Part shown: piece after piece, positions 1 to 10,101 of the stretch
Position numbering within the stretch: position 1 is the stretch's first letter
Layout of the letters: each line of letters starts with the position of its first letter
Sequence record: MZ444140.1
Length of the DNA stretch: 64,000 bases
Strand: one strand, 5' to 3'
The notes under the pieces: generated by a model
The model's input: only the letters and a program-made list of their open reading frames with translations
Database searches by the model: none
What the model was told of the DNA's origin: nothing
Translations under genes and position numbers: made by a program

Positions 1-1431
1 TGACCATGATCCAGTTGATTTCTGAACACGTACACGGAAACCATATGCCTTAGTAGTATTACCACGATCAGCTACGTAAAGACCAGTAACCTCTAGTTCT
101 TTAGTAGGTGCAACAGTACCACTACTTTCTTTCAGTGCACCAAAGTCAGCAATTTCGTATGCTACTATATTTTCATCAGTAACAACTTTAATTGCAACAA
201 GGTCATCTTCTTTAAGTTCTGTTTGACCTAACGGATAACCGCCAGTAAATACAGCACTGGTAATATTAGCGGGAGTATCGGCTAATACCTTAGTAGTGAA
301 TTTAGCCCCATCGGCGTGTTCTACAACAATATCAGCATAACCTTCAGTAGTAGGTGCACCAAGATCAATATCGGCGGTAGCAATCCACATAGGTGGATTA
401 ACGCCAGGAGTTACAACTGCATCTACGTTATTGATTTTAACACTAGGTACATAACTAGAATGTCCAGTTATTGCATCAACGATAACCCGAACATTACTAG
501 TAGTCGATAGGCATGACTGTACGCTGTGTCCATCAGGGGTACGCACAATACTACCTACGTTCTGACTGGGATCAGTTGCTTGTACATCTTTGACGAATAC
601 ACCGCCACTAATACCTTCGTTTTTAGGAAGGTTCTTAAGATCAACAATTGTTTCATCAACGCCTTCAACAATACGGATATTGCCGTCATTCTTGAATGCA
701 ATGTAATCAGTTAAACTACCAATCTGGAATTCACCATTGTCATAAATACGAATTTCAGACTCAGGTAATTCGGGTAATGCACCTTGCGTAGTGGGTGCAG
801 AGGCGTTCTTTAGATAAGAATAACCTTCTGCCTCCATACGACCTTGTTCCATCATACGCTGAGGTACTTTATCACCAGCAGTTAAGTCGTCTTGATTTAG
901 ACGCTTATCAAACAGGAAAGCAAAGTTATGGAAAGCAGCGTTGGATGATAATCCACCATTCTTACCAGTTACACGCAGTACATCTTTAACTGTATAGCCT
1001 TGTTGATTTAAGAGTGTCTGGAGTAGTTCAGCAGTCATGGTTGCATGCAGTGATGTTAACCATTCCTGTTCAGTACCTTGGAAACCATTTTCCACAGCTA
1101 CTTCATATGCACTCTTACCAGCATCACCTTTAAGGGATGCTATAAACTCTTCTTCAGTACCAACGAAGCCTAGATCGACTGCGATTTGATAAGAAGATTT
1201 ACCTTTAAGCGAATCAAGCCATTCGGTTTCAGTTCCCTGGAAACCATTTTTAACGGCAATCTCGTACGCACTAAGACCGGGTGCCCCAGTCTGTAGTTTT
1301 GACAGCAGAAACTTATAGTTATCGACTTGACCAGCTGCATCGGTATGAATTAATTCAATATACTCGCTATCGTTAAGAGTAGCTAGATCCGGCAGTTGAC
1401 TGATCTTGCCTTTGTCTGTAGCATTTGCCAT
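1..1431 (-). CDS. Virion fibre protein, 5' part (phiKZ gp145 equivalent); runs off the left edge and is missing from the ORF track
   Basis: Manual translation from ATG at 1431 is open to position 1 (477 codons): MANATDKGKISQLPDLATLNDSEYIELI..., three SAYEIAV-NGF-GTE-EWL-SL repeats, beta-rich end (..YGFRVRVQKSTGSWS). Lies next to the endolysin. Confidence 0.85.
   Translation of the reverse strand, partial: MANATDKGKISQLPDLATLNDSEYIELIHTDAAGQVDNYKFLLSKLQTGAPGLSAYEIAVKNGFQGTETEWLDSLKGKSSYQIAVDLGFVGTEEEFIASLKGDAGKSAYEVAVENGFQGTEQEWLTSLHATMTAELLQTLLNQQGYTVKDVLRVTGKNGGLSSNAAFHNFAFLFDKRLNQDDLTAGDKVPQRMMEQGRMEAEGYSYLKNASAPTTQGALPELPESEIRIYDNGEFQIGSLTDYIAFKNDGNIRIVEGVDETIVDLKNLPKNEGISGGVFVKDVQATDPSQNVGSIVRTPDGHSVQSCLSTTSNVRVIVDAITGHSSYVPSVKINNVDAVVTPGVNPPMWIATADIDLGAPTTEGYADIVVEHADGAKFTTKVLADTPANITSAVFTGGYPLGQTELKEDDLVAIKVVTDENIVAYEIADFGALKESSGTVAPTKELEVTGLYVADRGNTTKAYGFRVRVQKSTGSWS
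1048..1278 (-). repeat. Three tandem ~25-aa fibre repeats
   Basis: GLSAYEIAVKNGFQGTETEWLDSLKG / KSSYQIAVDLGFVGTEEEFIASLKG / KSAYEVAVENGFQGTEQEWLTSL. Confidence 0.9.
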
Positions 1432-1533
1432 TTTTATTTCCTTGCTGTATAAGAAACACTAACATGTTAGTCTTTCGAAGAAGACTCATACAGTAATGTA
1501 CTATTGCTAATGAGTAATATTTTAACAACATAA

Positions 1534-1553
1534 GAGAGTCCCGAAGGACTCTC
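1534..1553 (-). terminator. Intrinsic terminator after the endolysin
   Basis: Minus strand GAGAGTCC-TTCG-GGACTCTC followed by TTATGTTGTT. Confidence 0.8.
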
Positions 1554-1636
1554 AAAAAGTTACATTGACACAAGATGTGGTTTATCATGAGGGGAAGTTT
1601 CACATGATACCATAGACTCCATTCTATTGCTACATC

Positions 1637-2458
<822 letters not shown>

Positions 2459-2480
2459 TTAGGTTCATTGAGGGTATTAC

Positions 2481-3014
2481 TTAACTTTCTAGATAACGGA
2501 TAGTCCCATTTTCTAGATAACGTGCTGCGCCATTCTCTAATAGCCGGATAGTATCCGATGTATCATCAATACGTTGAATTAGTATATTACATTCACCATA
2601 GTAAGCATAACTACTCGACATAGCTACTATCGTGTATGGAACAACATCCGTAGTTGCATTGATTGGTGTTGTATCAAATGAAACATCATCTGGTCCAAGC
2701 TTCCAACCCCGTGAACGGTTGATTTCTTCAGCAATTGCTTTAGGTGTTAAAGTACCAACTATCTTAAGGATAGATCCTTCACCAATAGCTCGTGGATCAG
2801 CAAAATCTAACCGACGGTAAGTTAACATGTACTTAATGTCAGTAGTAATGTCGATCATTTCAATAAATGTACGTCCAGGCTCAATCGTGGTTGGACTAAA
2901 AAACATATCTTCAAATGTAACTGTTTCTGGTTTGAAGTTTATTTTTAAATCATCCCGCGCAAGTTTTACTAGCGCGTCCCTCGATGCCATGTCATACGGA
3001 AAGATATCCTGCAT
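2481..3014 (-). CDS. Virion/tail-associated protein (gp143 equivalent) with C-terminal RxLENG repeats
   Basis: 177 aa; YRRLDF motif shared with the gp126/127-like ORFs; ends IRLLENGAARYLENGTIRYLES. Confidence 0.75.
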   Translation of the reverse strand: MQDIFPYDMASRDALVKLARDDLKINFKPETVTFEDMFFSPTTIEPGRTFIEMIDITTDIKYMLTYRRLDFADPRAIGEGSILKIVGTLTPKAIAEEINRSRGWKLGPDDVSFDTTPINATTDVVPYTIVAMSSSYAYYGECNILIQRIDDTSDTIRLLENGAARYLENGTIRYLES

Positions 3015-3061
3015 GTCAAACCTCTATAGTGGTAAAATGTTTAATCCACATAGCATTATAA

Positions 3062-3086
3062 AGCCTTCCTCTTCAAGAGGAAGGCT
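3062..3086 (-). terminator. Intrinsic terminator hairpin
   Basis: AGCCTTCCTC-TTCAA-GAGGAAGGCT perfect 10-bp stem with AT-rich flanks. Confidence 0.8.
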
Positions 3087-3096
3087 ATTATAGTTT

Positions 3097-3492
3097 TTAT
3101 TGCATAAGCATCTTTATTAATTCAAAGGTACCTTGCACAATAGTCTTTAACACATTGGCACTTTCTTCTGACATAGGTGCACCAGATAAAACCACCATAG
3201 TAGATACTGATGCCCCAATAAGAGTAACACCACCAGCTAATACTAATACCGCATTACGGTAAGAATCTTTAGCCTTCACTTCAGCAATTTCCCGGCTGAG
3301 AATTTTATATTGAAGATCTGAATCGGTAATAGCATAAATTCGACTAAGTACTTCTTCACCAGTTATACTTAGATTTATACGTTGTTCCTTTTCCAATACA
3401 CTATTTAAATAGGTACGTATCTTCTTTCCATAGTCTTTAGAAGAAGATAAAGGATTACCATCGATCTCAATCAGAACGTCCTCTAGGGTCAT
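3097..3492 (-). CDS. Membrane protein, holin candidate (gp142 equivalent)
   Basis: Start moved to ATG 3492 (GGAG RBS); hydrophobic helix AVLVLAGGVTLIGASVSTMVVLSG then an amphipathic C-terminus; lies between spanins and endolysin. The holin role is inference. Confidence 0.55.
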   Translation of the reverse strand: MTLEDVLIEIDGNPLSSSKDYGKKIRTYLNSVLEKEQRINLSITGEEVLSRIYAITDSDLQYKILSREIAEVKAKDSYRNAVLVLAGGVTLIGASVSTMVVLSGAPMSEESANVLKTIVQGTFELIKMLMQ

Positions 3493-3829
3493 GACTATTC
3501 TCCAAATTACGTTGACGTTCGTTCCATTCACGCAATTTGTCTACTTGGATATTACATAGTCCAAGTGCATCAGTTTGTAAAAGCCAATGTTCGGTCATAA
3601 GTAAGAAACGTGCTTCATTCTCATCAGTAACCCCAACAGCTTTATATCTATCTAATGCATTGATGATCTCATTAGCTGTAGGTGGGGCTTCTACATCACA
3701 AGGGAGAAGCAAACTACTTGGGATTGCAACTGGTATTTTCACGGGAGGCGGCACAGTAGTGCTCGTACATCCGTTTAGCAATAACATTAATAGACTTATT
3801 AATGCTATCTTTTTTTGTGTCAGTTTCAT
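3467..3829 (-). CDS. o-spanin (Rz1-like outer-membrane lipoprotein)
   Basis: From ATG 3829: MKLTQKKIALISLLMLLLNG-C lipobox, Pro-rich linker (VPPPVKIPVAIPSSLLLPC), helical C-terminus with Cys (LGLCNIQVDKLREW); overlaps the 3' end of the i-spanin. Confidence 0.8.
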   Translation of the reverse strand: MKLTQKKIALISLLMLLLNGCTSTTVPPPVKIPVAIPSSLLLPCDVEAPPTANEIINALDRYKAVGVTDENEARFLLMTEHWLLQTDALGLCNIQVDKLREWNERQRNLENSHDPRGRSD

Positions 3830-4220
3830 GTTTAATCTCAGTAGTGGTACTTTCCCCATTAGTTGTTTTAGCTTTAACCTCAGGCCATACAGGGGGAGTA
3901 TATCCACGACCTGATAAACTAATGTACTCATCAATCACCTCAGTGCGTGATTGCGCCTGCTCTTTTTGTATCTCTTTCTTTTTAGTAATTAGTTCAGCTT
4001 GAATTTTATCGGAGATACGGTCTGATTCAATCCTAACCTTTTCTGCCGCTTCATAAGATTTAATTTTTCCAATTAAATCTGTAGAGCGAACAAGTTCCGT
4101 CTCATAACTATTTTTGTAATATATGATACCAATTAAGGCACCTATCAGAATAACTAATAGTAACCATATATGCAATGGCACACTACCAATTATTTTTCGT
4201 ATACCTGCTAATAGGAACAT
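3714..4220 (-). CDS. i-spanin (Rz-like) (gp141 equivalent)
   Basis: N-terminal TM (IWLLLVILIGALIGIIYY), coiled-coil periplasmic region, two C-terminal Cys; partly overlapped by the lipoprotein gene. Confidence 0.75.
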   Translation of the reverse strand: MFLLAGIRKIIGSVPLHIWLLLVILIGALIGIIYYKNSYETELVRSTDLIGKIKSYEAAEKVRIESDRISDKIQAELITKKKEIQKEQAQSRTEVIDEYISLSGRGYTPPVWPEVKAKTTNGESTTTEIKHETDTKKDSINKSINVIAKRMYEHYCAASRENTSCNPK

Positions 4221-4235
4221 TGTTGCCTCGAATTG

Positions 4236-4799
4236 TTAAACAATCCTAGTAAGGTAGTAGTAAGCTATCGCACAAGCATCCATAGAGTGATCATCTAGAC
4301 TATCTATGTCGATGTTCCATGTGATATCAGTACGAGAGCGCATTGCTTCTTTAACATCGTCTTTAGTAGTACCCTTTACTTTTTTCATACCAGCATTGAT
4401 CTTAACTGTGGTCGGATCAATCATGTATAAAGGTATAAATCTATCATACTCGTATAATGCTCTATGTACATAGGTTACACATTCTACAAGTACAGCGAAG
4501 CTTTGGGCAAACTTACCAAGATAGTTAGATTCTACAATCACTGCATGTGGCTTTTCTGTATGCAGTATATTTAGTACCACATCACTCATTTGCTGCATTC
4601 TAGTGAATCTACTACCATGAACCTCGGAAATGGCAGCATATGCCGGATTTGTATCTTTAAGGTGGCAAGTAAATGCATTACGTACCACCTTATTACTTCC
4701 ATCCAACTTATCTTCCAGAATAGCTATGCCGAGGTTTTGTGAACCAGGGTCTAATGCTAGTACCCGAAATGGCTCATCACTCGCTGGAAGCTTAAGCAT
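4236..4799 (-). CDS. ruvC: RuvC-like Holliday junction resolvase (gp140 equivalent)
   Basis: RVLALDPGSQNLG, VIVES and DDHSMDACAIA acidic catalytic motifs of the RuvC family. Confidence 0.88.
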   Translation of the reverse strand: MLKLPASDEPFRVLALDPGSQNLGIAILEDKLDGSNKVVRNAFTCHLKDTNPAYAAISEVHGSRFTRMQQMSDVVLNILHTEKPHAVIVESNYLGKFAQSFAVLVECVTYVHRALYEYDRFIPLYMIDPTTVKINAGMKKVKGTTKDDVKEAMRSRTDITWNIDIDSLDDHSMDACAIAYYYLTRIV

Positions 4800-4801
4800 A
4801 T

Positions 4802-5728
<927 letters not shown>

Positions 5729-5764
5729 TTAGTACACTGTACTATTGAGTAAATTTGTAAGAGT

Positions 5765-5784
5765 TCCCCTCCATGTGGAGGGGA
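5765..5784 (-). terminator. Hairpin terminator ending the fibre operon
   Basis: TCCCCTCC-ATGT-GGAGGGGA. Confidence 0.7.
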
Positions 5785-5793
5785 TTTATGCTG

Positions 5794-6282
5794 TTAAGCA
5801 AATTTTTCAGGAGCACCACGTACCATTACACAGATCCATGATTGTCCATTATGGGAACGTTTTACTTCATGTAATTGGGATAGATGAAATACTAATCCTT
5901 CACCTTTTCCAATTAATAGTTCTTCGCCATCTAAAATGAACTTAGCATCAGGTCCAATATTCCAAGCAAGAATAGTACCGGACTCGGGTTTATCTACCCA
6001 ATAATTCATCTCATCTAGAAATCCATCTATTTTGGGGAAATCTAAAAACCATACTTGTAATGCTTTGTTAAATAGTTCTTCGCCTAAAATTGGTTTAATT
6101 TCTTTACGCTGTTTAGCAGTCCAATTAAACCATTTTGAAGTATTATAAACACTACATGCTTTAAGGCCATTAGTGCCAACTCGCATACGGTGGCCATATG
6201 AGTCTCTAAATGAAACTTCACCTTTAAGCTTTGTTAATGTTTTTAGTTCTGTCTTAGATAGAGTCTTAAGTTTAATTGCCAT
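5794..6282 (-). CDS. Cupin/double-stranded beta-helix protein, degenerate 2OG-Fe(II) oxygenase-like (gp138 equivalent)
   Basis: C-terminal GEGLVFHLSQLHEVKR..SWICVMVR parallels the upstream ORF (GRATIFPIRSEPHEV..KRYVLIY); no HxD. Confidence 0.5.
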   Translation of the reverse strand: MAIKLKTLSKTELKTLTKLKGEVSFRDSYGHRMRVGTNGLKACSVYNTSKWFNWTAKQRKEIKPILGEELFNKALQVWFLDFPKIDGFLDEMNYWVDKPESGTILAWNIGPDAKFILDGEELLIGKGEGLVFHLSQLHEVKRSHNGQSWICVMVRGAPEKFA

Positions 6283-6290
6283 GTTGTACC

Positions 6291-6773
6291 CTACTCGTAG
6301 AGATATATAAGGACGTATCTTTTATTTTTAACTGGAGGGACCTCATGTGGCTCTGAACGGATTGGAAAAATAGTAGCCCTACCTGGTACATCCTGATAAA
6401 ACTCACCATTGATCGTTATACCATCGCCATTGTCATTTAATGCAATAACCATGTTGTAACGATAAACAGCTTGGTCGATGTGCTCAGGCATACCTGTACC
6501 AATTTCATATCGATTGATTAGTACTTCGCCTAACCAAGCACCTTCTACCTTAGGTGCAATATGAAATAGTAATTCCCGTAATTCTACTGGCATTTGGTTA
6601 TGACCTAAAAACCAATAATCACATTCAGTGATACCTTTGGTTGGGATACTATTAATTTTTTTCCGATTAAACCACCAGGAATCTTCCAGTGTATCCAGAT
6701 AAGATACAAGGTCAGCTGCAAATTCAGCTGAAAACACGTCCTTGGTCGATCTTTCGTGGGCCGATAAGCTCAT
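6291..6773 (-). CDS. 2OG-Fe(II) dioxygenase-family protein (gp137 equivalent)
   Basis: HxD (EHID), distal His (PHEV) and 2OG-binding Arg (KRYVL); start moved to ATG 6773 (AGGTGG upstream). Confidence 0.75.
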   Translation of the reverse strand: MSLSAHERSTKDVFSAEFAADLVSYLDTLEDSWWFNRKKINSIPTKGITECDYWFLGHNQMPVELRELLFHIAPKVEGAWLGEVLINRYEIGTGMPEHIDQAVYRYNMVIALNDNGDGITINGEFYQDVPGRATIFPIRSEPHEVPPVKNKRYVLIYLYE

Positions 6774-7326
6774 GCAGGCCACCTGCATATCGATGTGCTT
6801 TCTCAGCGTCGAGATCTTCCCTGGATTTATAGATAACGTCTGGGCTCTCAATTAGGGCCTCCTTATGCGCACGATTAGTTCGTTTAACAAGATCAATATA
6901 ATCAAGCATTTCTTCTAGTTCATCTAACTCTTGACCATATTTTTCAGCTAGCTTTTTAATTGCACGTGCAAGGATATTGATTTGCTCAGTCACTGGATAG
7001 CGTTCAGTAATTTTGTAAGCTACTTTACTATTTAAGTGATCTTCAGTAATCACTTGTGGTGCTTCTTCTTTAGGAACAATCTTCCAATCAGAAAGTGTAG
7101 GTTGTTTACCAGGTGTATTACTTACGACCACATCATAAGTACCCATTTCTGCTTCAACAAAAATAGTGTGCTCACGTGACTTAGCATCAAATGCATCTAA
7201 AGGTAGATAACCCACGCTTTGTAGGAATACCTCAGATGTACGGTTAAACATTAATAGTACTTTTACTTTATCTTCAGTAGGTGCAGTAGCTAAAGATAGT
7301 TCTTGGAGTGATAACGGATTGTTCAT
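6724..7326 (-). CDS. Tail-fibre-associated, chaperone-like protein (gp136 equivalent)
   Basis: Start 7326 coupled to the upstream stop (TAATG); KITERYPVTEQINIL resembles YP-x-EQ motifs of small fibre-associated phage proteins. Confidence 0.5.
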   Translation of the reverse strand: MNNPLSLQELSLATAPTEDKVKVLLMFNRTSEVFLQSVGYLPLDAFDAKSREHTIFVEAEMGTYDVVVSNTPGKQPTLSDWKIVPKEEAPQVITEDHLNSKVAYKITERYPVTEQINILARAIKKLAEKYGQELDELEEMLDYIDLVKRTNRAHKEALIESPDVIYKSREDLDAEKAHRYAGGLHELIGPRKIDQGRVFS

Positions 7327-8717
7327 TATACAAGTGCTCCAGCTCGAATCATCCAACGCCATGTACCATTATTTCTAATTGCTACATATTGCTGGTAATA
7401 ATAGGCTTCAAAGGGGGTATTGGTTCTAACACCTACAACAGCGTAAGTGCCTTCAGGATATTTGGTATTATCGGTAAACATCGTATTTAACGTGTTTAAT
7501 GCTTCTGCTTCACTATTTACCTGGCCTAAGGTAATAGCTTTAATCTTATCTTTGTTCCACTCTTTAAAAGCTTCAACCCAGTCTTGCCAAGTACCATCGC
7601 TTGCGAGATAATATCTTTCAGGATCATTTAATATTGATGCATTACCTTTACCTAATGCACCCCATTTAAATACACCGCTAGTTACCTCTTCAGCTGGAAT
7701 ATCTTTTCGAACATCATTCCAGAAATTCTGATATACCTTACCTGTTCCAGCAACTGGATAACCCTGACTATTGGTAGTAGCACCAATAGTAGTTGCATTA
7801 GCTGCTTGTTCATTGATACCTAACAATGGAGATATTTTAGAATCCATTACTGGTTTGGTATATGATCCAACTTGGTCAGCTGTGACAACATGTGGGTTAT
7901 TAAAGTTTTTAATATGTGATGCAAGTTTAGCCAATGTATCAATATTAAGAATACGATAAATACCACCAATTGGCATGTATTTATTATTTATATTTCTATT
8001 AACTGACTCAGCTTCAGTAGCAAAACCCCAGTTAGATATCTTATCAAGCGGTGGAATTAACTTGAACCGATCATCGGCATGTGGATTATTATAATCAGTT
8101 AAGTGTGCTGTAACCCGATCTCTATAATCATCTACAGCAGTTTTTGCATCAGCAAGATAAACTTTATAATAATCATCAGCAGCATTATCCATAGCACTTC
8201 TACCGACCCGATAAGCATGTGCTATTCGGTTTAATTCGGTTACCATTGTATCTGTGCCATAAATCTGCCAATATTCATGGCCATGAGGTGCAGGTGGATA
8301 TGCATCGGGTTTACCAATAATATCATCCCAGGTGAAACTTAATTCATCTAATTCAAGTTTATCAAAAACAGCTTTAAGTTCTAATGCTGAAATACTAAAG
8401 AAACCACCAACTGCTCTATATGTAACTTGGACATTAGGACTAACTTTAGGATCAGTTACTACAACAATACCCATTACTTCTAAACCAGTCATTTCAGATA
8501 ACTGTGAATAAAGGTAGGTTGTTTTATATTGATCTTTGTTTAAAGATAAACCAGTCTTCTTATCACGTAGATTAAAGTCCTTTGTATAGAAACCACCATG
8601 TGTACACATCAGTACACGGTGTGTTTTATTAGCAACTTGAATGAGTGTGTGTTCCTCATCTACAATGTAATTAGAAGCCAATTTAGCTTTTAGATCTAAT
8701 GGTAAAAAAGTAATCAT
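7326..8717 (-). CDS. Tail fibre paralog (gp135 equivalent)
   Basis: Start 8717 (TAATG coupling); LPLD N-terminus, HxxDxxNPH repeats; paralog of the gp131/133/134-like ORFs. Confidence 0.8.
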   Translation of the reverse strand: MITFLPLDLKAKLASNYIVDEEHTLIQVANKTHRVLMCTHGGFYTKDFNLRDKKTGLSLNKDQYKTTYLYSQLSEMTGLEVMGIVVVTDPKVSPNVQVTYRAVGGFFSISALELKAVFDKLELDELSFTWDDIIGKPDAYPPAPHGHEYWQIYGTDTMVTELNRIAHAYRVGRSAMDNAADDYYKVYLADAKTAVDDYRDRVTAHLTDYNNPHADDRFKLIPPLDKISNWGFATEAESVNRNINNKYMPIGGIYRILNIDTLAKLASHIKNFNNPHVVTADQVGSYTKPVMDSKISPLLGINEQAANATTIGATTNSQGYPVAGTGKVYQNFWNDVRKDIPAEEVTSGVFKWGALGKGNASILNDPERYYLASDGTWQDWVEAFKEWNKDKIKAITLGQVNSEAEALNTLNTMFTDNTKYPEGTYAVVGVRTNTPFEAYYYQQYVAIRNNGTWRWMIRAGALV

Positions 8718-10090
8718 TATGCCGGTTCCCCTATATTGGTCCACGTTGATCCCACTTTACGTAAGAATAAAGTATTCCTATAGGAAGTAGCTGTTGTACC
8801 ATTACCATGCCCAATAACGAACTCTTGCTCGTAATGGCAGATAGCTAGTGAACCAGGCCACCATTGGTCAGGATCTGAGAAGTATGTGTTATGGAAAGCA
8901 ATTGCTTCTTGGATAGACTTGAAGTTAGTATTGTTCCAGTGAACCATCGTCCCTGTTTTCTGGAAGCGATTGAATATAAATCCAAAGTGTGTCCATTGGC
9001 CATTAGGCATTAATGTCCAATCACGACCTGGCCAAGTCGCTGAGTTACCGATCCGGCCAGGTGCTAGCCGACCAGTCGTCAATACACTTAAAGGCATTTT
9101 AGCACGTACCGTTTCACCCATGCTATAAACATCTTGACCAAATAATAGTTTAGATGTATTAGCTGTTTTACCTTTATCTAATTTTTGATTTAGTAAAATA
9201 TTAGCTTGGGTAACAGTATATGTATTTAGTTGTTCAGCTGTTACCCTGTGTGGGTTAGTGGTAATATCGTTAACGTGGGCTAAATACTGTACTGTATAAT
9301 TGGTATCAACAGATAACTTCATTGACCATGGCGTAGCATAGACATTCATGATAGCGCCATTTGGTTGTTTGGCTTGTGTTTCAGTTGCAATACCAGCGTT
9401 ATAAACATTACCTAATGCCACCTGCCCTTTACGTGTTTGGTGTGGGTTGGTGGTGGTATCATTGATGTGTGTAGTAAGCCGTGCTTCAATTGTATTCAGA
9501 TCAGCTTCTATTAGACTTAATTGATATTTAAACTCATCTAAAATGGAGTCATATGAGTCAGATGAGCTTTTCTTTAATAAGTCAGTTATTTCTTTTAACT
9601 TAACAACTCTAGGTGTAAAACCATAAAGTTCCCAATAGGCATGCATATGTCCATTAGGTTTGAATTGGTCAGGAATATCTAAGATATTAGACCAATGTGG
9701 TTTACGGGTATTATTTAAAAGAGCATTAGCATGTTCAGAAATGGAAGGCGCAAGGTTACAGTATATACCACCGCACATCTGAGCATCAATGTAAATATCC
9801 TCGTGGACATCTTGTTTTGTAATGACAATTACTGAACAAGCTTCAAGTCCAGTCTTCTCGATTACCTCCGGATTAATACCAGTGCACTGATAATCCATCT
9901 CTGGATTTAACTCATTTTGCCTACCATCTCTGATAACCATTCCTTTAGTATAAAAGTAACCCTTATCCATCACGATGATGCGATAGGGGAATCCTTTCTG
10001 TTTTGCTAGTGAATGGTATTCACCCTTTGTTCGGTTACTATAACTCTCTCCAGTTTCATCAAATGGAAGAGGTAAAAGTAATGGATTCAT
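8717..10090 (-). CDS. Tail fibre paralog (gp134 equivalent)
   Basis: LPFDETG N-domain, HINDTTTNPH and HVNDITTNPHRVT repeats. Confidence 0.8.
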   Translation of the reverse strand: MNPLLLPLPFDETGESYSNRTKGEYHSLAKQKGFPYRIIVMDKGYFYTKGMVIRDGRQNELNPEMDYQCTGINPEVIEKTGLEACSVIVITKQDVHEDIYIDAQMCGGIYCNLAPSISEHANALLNNTRKPHWSNILDIPDQFKPNGHMHAYWELYGFTPRVVKLKEITDLLKKSSSDSYDSILDEFKYQLSLIEADLNTIEARLTTHINDTTTNPHQTRKGQVALGNVYNAGIATETQAKQPNGAIMNVYATPWSMKLSVDTNYTVQYLAHVNDITTNPHRVTAEQLNTYTVTQANILLNQKLDKGKTANTSKLLFGQDVYSMGETVRAKMPLSVLTTGRLAPGRIGNSATWPGRDWTLMPNGQWTHFGFIFNRFQKTGTMVHWNNTNFKSIQEAIAFHNTYFSDPDQWWPGSLAICHYEQEFVIGHGNGTTATSYRNTLFLRKVGSTWTNIGEPA

Positions 10091-10101
10091 CTAAACTATC
10101 C

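Noticed and set aside
1373-1636. Open frame continuing in frame after the endolysin TAA (includes the 76-aa track ORF)
   Set aside because: Considered as a second readthrough case. It follows a TAA, crosses a strong terminator and the next gene's start, and is not protein-like.
2574-2590. Antisense early-promoter-like TTGAA-TTAG-TATATTAC inside gp143 (and a bare TATATTAC at 60393)
   Set aside because: By rough estimate several TATATTAC 8-mers are expected by chance in 64 kb of AT-rich DNA. The upstream element is imperfect or absent and both sites are intragenic, so TSS data would be needed.
3537-3914. 125-aa + strand ORF over the spanins
   Set aside because: Antisense to two overlapping real genes, with no RBS or recognisable features
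6774-6851. N-terminal extensions given by the ORF track (also at 3531, 3934, 7362, 8744, 35617, 36599, 37078, 39218, 39690, 41742, 42278)
   Set aside because: Downstream ATGs have better RBSs or stop/start coupling and avoid long overlaps, so starts were moved
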